Shown piece by piece: positions 61,028 to 64,000 of a DNA stretch of 64,000 bases (positions are counted from its first letter, which is position 1; every line of letters starts with the position of its first letter). The DNA is from an uncultured bacterium (lineage in GTDB: Bacteria; Oederibacteriota; JAAXVQ01; JAUVAV01). The translations under genes and the position numbers were made by a program. The notes under the pieces were generated by a model, which searched no databases, was not told the DNA's origin, and was given only the letters and a program-made list of their open reading frames with translations. Location of the stretch: the NCBI GenBank assembly GCA_963710755.1, contig CAVQBK010000006.1, positions 32,001 through 96,000 on the forward strand, written 5' to 3'.

Positions 61028-62485
61028 TTACTTCAAATCCCCTGCTATTGCCGCGAATTGGCCTAAAGCTGATTCCAAATCTTCGACAATCTCCAATGCC
61101 AGGATATCAGGATCAGGCAGATTGGCTGCATCTTCCAGAGAGTCGTCTTTTAGCCAGAATATATCGAGATTAACCTTATCTCTTTTCATTAGTTCGTCGT
61201 ATTCGAATGCCTTGAATCGCTCGGATTCTTTGCGTTTGTTTCTGTTTTTGGGATTAAAGCACTTAACAAAATCATCAAGATCGGTGCGTTTTAGGCAATT
61301 TTCTTTGAGGGTAAAATGCATATTGGTGCGAAGATCATAGATCCATAGTTTATTGGTCCATGGTTTTTCACTGGCAGGTTTGCGGTCAAAGAACAGGACA
61401 TTTGCCTTTACGCCCTGGGCATAAAAAATGCCGGTTGGCAGTCGTAAAAGCGTATGGACGTCTGCCTGTTTTAACAGCGCCCGGCGAATTGTTTCGCCTG
61501 CACCACCTTCGAAAAGTACATTATCCGGCAACACCACAGCCGCTTTACCGTGTTGTTCTAAAATTGTAAAGATATGCTGAAGGAAATTAAGTTGTTTATT
61601 ACTGGTACTGGCCCAGAAATCCTGGCGATTAATAACCAGCGAATCTTTCTCTGCTTCCCCCTCGGCATTAATAATGGTCACACTGCTCTTTTTACCAAAA
61701 GGAGGATTAGCCAGGACCATTTTATACTCGCCATGTTTATCAGCTAAGGCATCACGGGTTTGGACAGGCAACTCTTCGTCAGTATCCCCGCCAATACCAT
61801 GGAGAAGCATATTCATCGCACATAGACGGGTTACCCCATCAACCAATTCAAAACCAAACAAAGTTCCTGATCTAAGTTTCTTTTTTTGAGCCCGATCCAT
61901 ATCTTTATAATGATGCATCAAGTAATCATGAGCAGCCAACAAAAAGCCGCCCGTACCGCAGGCAGGATCACAGATAGTCAAGCCCGGTTCCGGTGCCATA
62001 GAATCCACAATCGCTTTGATAAGCGCGCGCGGCGTAAAATATTGACCGGCCCCGCCTTTGACATCCGCAGCATTCTTCTCTAACAAGCCCTCGTAGGCAT
62101 CGCCTTTCACATCGGCCTCAATGGTTGTCCATTGCTCCTTGTCGATCAAATCAACAATCAGACGCCGCAGCTTAGCCGGGTCCTGGATCTTGTTTTGGGC
62201 TTTGCGAAAAATAAGGCCCAACATGCCGTTACGTTTACCTAATTCTTCAAGTGTGTGCCGGTAATGGTTCTCCAGATCATCACCATCGAGCTTGACCAGC
62301 ACATCCCAGCCAAAGCCTTTGGGAATCTTGGACTCCTTTTTAAACGGCGGCTTACTCTGCTCATCAGCCATTTTGAGAAACAGCAGATAAGTCAATTGTT
62401 CCACATAATCACCGTATGACAACCCGTCATCCCGGAGGACATTACAATAATTCCATAATTTTTGTACTAATTGTGAAGGGGACAT
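61028..62485 (-). CDS. hsdM: Type I restriction-modification methyltransferase
   Basis: LWNYCNVLRDDG, GQYFTPR, DPACGTGGFL, NPPF. Confidence 0.96.
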   Translation of the reverse strand: MSPSQLVQKLWNYCNVLRDDGLSYGDYVEQLTYLLFLKMADEQSKPPFKKESKIPKGFGWDVLVKLDGDDLENHYRHTLEELGKRNGMLGLIFRKAQNKIQDPAKLRRLIVDLIDKEQWTTIEADVKGDAYEGLLEKNAADVKGGAGQYFTPRALIKAIVDSMAPEPGLTICDPACGTGGFLLAAHDYLMHHYKDMDRAQKKKLRSGTLFGFELVDGVTRLCAMNMLLHGIGGDTDEELPVQTRDALADKHGEYKMVLANPPFGKKSSVTIINAEGEAEKDSLVINRQDFWASTSNKQLNFLQHIFTILEQHGKAAVVLPDNVLFEGGAGETIRRALLKQADVHTLLRLPTGIFYAQGVKANVLFFDRKPASEKPWTNKLWIYDLRTNMHFTLKENCLKRTDLDDFVKCFNPKNRNKRKESERFKAFEYDELMKRDKVNLDIFWLKDDSLEDAANLPDPDILALEIVEDLESALGQFAAIAGDLK

Positions 62486-62500
62486 TATTACTCCTAAATA

Positions 62501-63055
62501 TCAATTGATTTTTATACCAAATGCCGCATAAGCCTCTTTCGTATAATAATTCAGACTTGTTTTTGGTTTGTTGGTTAGATTAAATTGAACAACTGCATCC
62601 TTCAATGGTTCCTTTTTAAAAGGGATGTGAATAGCCTTCACCGATTTATTTTCGATCCTAGCTTTTAGTGCTGCGGGCCACTTATATGACAAAGCTGAAG
62701 GATTCAAAATATAATCAGAATCAATATACACTACAACGAGGGGTAAACCACATGTATCAACTGCATACTCAATTTCAAAGGGAACCCAATCTTTGTCATT
62801 TTTGGTTGTATCACCAATAATAAGTATCATGTTTTTTGAATTTTTTAACCTATCCTTCAATCGCTCTCTTAAAGTAGCTTTTAAACTACTATCTCTTACA
62901 GCACAAGTTTTTTCATGGCTATCAATTATTGAAAAATCATCATCTTCTTTAGCAGTCCAAGCTTTTATCAAATTGTAATATTTAATGTCCGAATCAATTG
63001 GTATATTTGTCCCGTCAGCATGAAATGAGATATAAGTACCATTTCTGTACGCCAT
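62501..63055 (-). CDS. thsB: TIR-domain protein (Thoeris ThsB-like)
   Basis: TYISF, RLKNSKNMILIIG, WVPFEIEYA with catalytic Glu; AT-rich. Confidence 0.8.
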   Translation of the reverse strand: MAYRNGTYISFHADGTNIPIDSDIKYYNLIKAWTAKEDDDFSIIDSHEKTCAVRDSSLKATLRERLKDRLKNSKNMILIIGDTTKNDKDWVPFEIEYAVDTCGLPLVVVYIDSDYILNPSALSYKWPAALKARIENKSVKAIHIPFKKEPLKDAVVQFNLTNKPKTSLNYYTKEAYAAFGIKIN

Positions 63056-63891
63056 TAGTGCCTCCAGTATTCTAATATTTTTGTCAAATCAACATCTTCA
63101 AATACAGAATCATGTAAGATAATATTGATTTTGCTGGTAATTTCATTCTTTTTAGTTTCATTTAATATCGATATCAATATCAATTCAATTAATCGCATTG
63201 GCGGGAGTCCGGTTTTAGCAAGTCCAGAACCTATCAGAGGAATACTTACTTGTTGGCCATTACAATCACAACGAACTTTTTCCCACAATCCGCATAAACC
63301 CGTTAATATTAAATCCGGAGTTGTATAAGCTACATAATTTGCATTTGTTTTAGTTAATGCAAAAAGAAAATACTTTTTTTTCCCGAAATCGCCAACGGCT
63401 GTTGTTCCAATTTTATATTTGTTATGCTTGCCTTCTGAACGCGAAACGGTTTCGGAGTCTACCCCCCTCAAGGAATCTCTAATCATATCGTCGAATATTT
63501 GTGATTTACCACCTAGTGTTTTATTTATAAACATTCCATGTAAAGATTTTACGGAGACAGGTTTGCCGATTTCACTATCAAAGTATTCATTCACACTTAT
63601 TGCCAAGCATTCATCTTCTTCAAACAGGTCACCAAATTTAATCTTTATTTTCGTATTGGTGTTTTTAAGCTTTATTTCAATCTGTTTTTTCGGATAAACA
63701 TTCCATATAGCAATTACACAAGCAACTATTGAAAACATTAATAATTTCCAGCTCCCCTTTACATCCCATTCGGTGAATGCCACAATCGGTTCAATAACTG
63801 ACCAAAGCAGTGCAACTGATGATATCAATAAAAAGCCGGCCTTCTTATAATCACGTTTAATGCCTAAAAATACATTCCTAAGCATCTTCAT
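63055..63891 (-). CDS. thsA: Two-TM + macrodomain protein (type II Thoeris ThsA-like)
   Basis: Two N-terminal TM helices; FGDLF, VNEYFD, SLHG, YKIGT, IPLIGSG. Confidence 0.75.
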   Translation of the reverse strand: MKMLRNVFLGIKRDYKKAGFLLISSVALLWSVIEPIVAFTEWDVKGSWKLLMFSIVACVIAIWNVYPKKQIEIKLKNTNTKIKIKFGDLFEEDECLAISVNEYFDSEIGKPVSVKSLHGMFINKTLGGKSQIFDDMIRDSLRGVDSETVSRSEGKHNKYKIGTTAVGDFGKKKYFLFALTKTNANYVAYTTPDLILTGLCGLWEKVRCDCNGQQVSIPLIGSGLAKTGLPPMRLIELILISILNETKKNEITSKINIILHDSVFEDVDLTKILEYWRH

Positions 63892-64000
63892 TTCACCAAC
63901 TCCCCTTCAAAGGCTTTTTTAAGAATTGCCTGCCGTAGCCGTTCGGCTCGCTTGAGATTTGCATCGACAAGCGTTTCCAGCTCTTCAACCACACTTAATC
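63888..64000 (-). CDS. hsdS: Type I R-M specificity subunit (3' end only)
   Basis: Manual translation LSVVEELETLVDANLKRAERLRQAILKKAFEGELVK, a typical HsdS C-terminus. Confidence 0.88.
   Translation of the reverse strand, partial: LSVVEELETLVDANLKRAERLRQAILKKAFEGELVK

Overview
Bacterial chromosomal window with nearly all genes on the minus strand. About 1-55.7 kb is housekeeping and envelope sequence: ychF, pnp, rpsO, acyl-CoA dehydrogenase-etfBA, the yceD-rpmF-plsX-fabHDG-acpP-fabF-rnc operon, gap-pgk-tpiA-secG, polyamine genes, tRNA-Gly(CCC), amidase/GerMN and accA. It also holds two PorV-like barrel/Ig/OmpA fusions around a Thr/Pro-stalked surface protein, an unannotated bS22-like small ORF, an MtnA homologue lacking its active-site residues, yggS-proC-yggT-yggU-punA, two orphan histidine kinases, coaX, birA, nadC and valS. 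This gene content suggests an anaerobic diderm of a candidate lineage (Firestonebacteria/Goldbacteria/FCPU426-like; inference only). From about 55.8 kb to the end is an accessory island. It contains a complete hgcAB mercury-methylation pair behind a DUF134 gene with an early nonsense codon and a palindromic operator. A 2.3-kb stack follows, made of co-oriented RAYT-like (Y1/HUH) transposase 3' remnants bounded by GGGGAC/GTCCCC ends and interleaved with gene fragments, including twin ~355-bp elements flanking a YdeI gene. Last is a type I R-M operon with a type II Thoeris-like pair (TM-macrodomain + TIR) between hsdS and hsdM. All calls rest on manual reading and motif recognition; no database searches were run.
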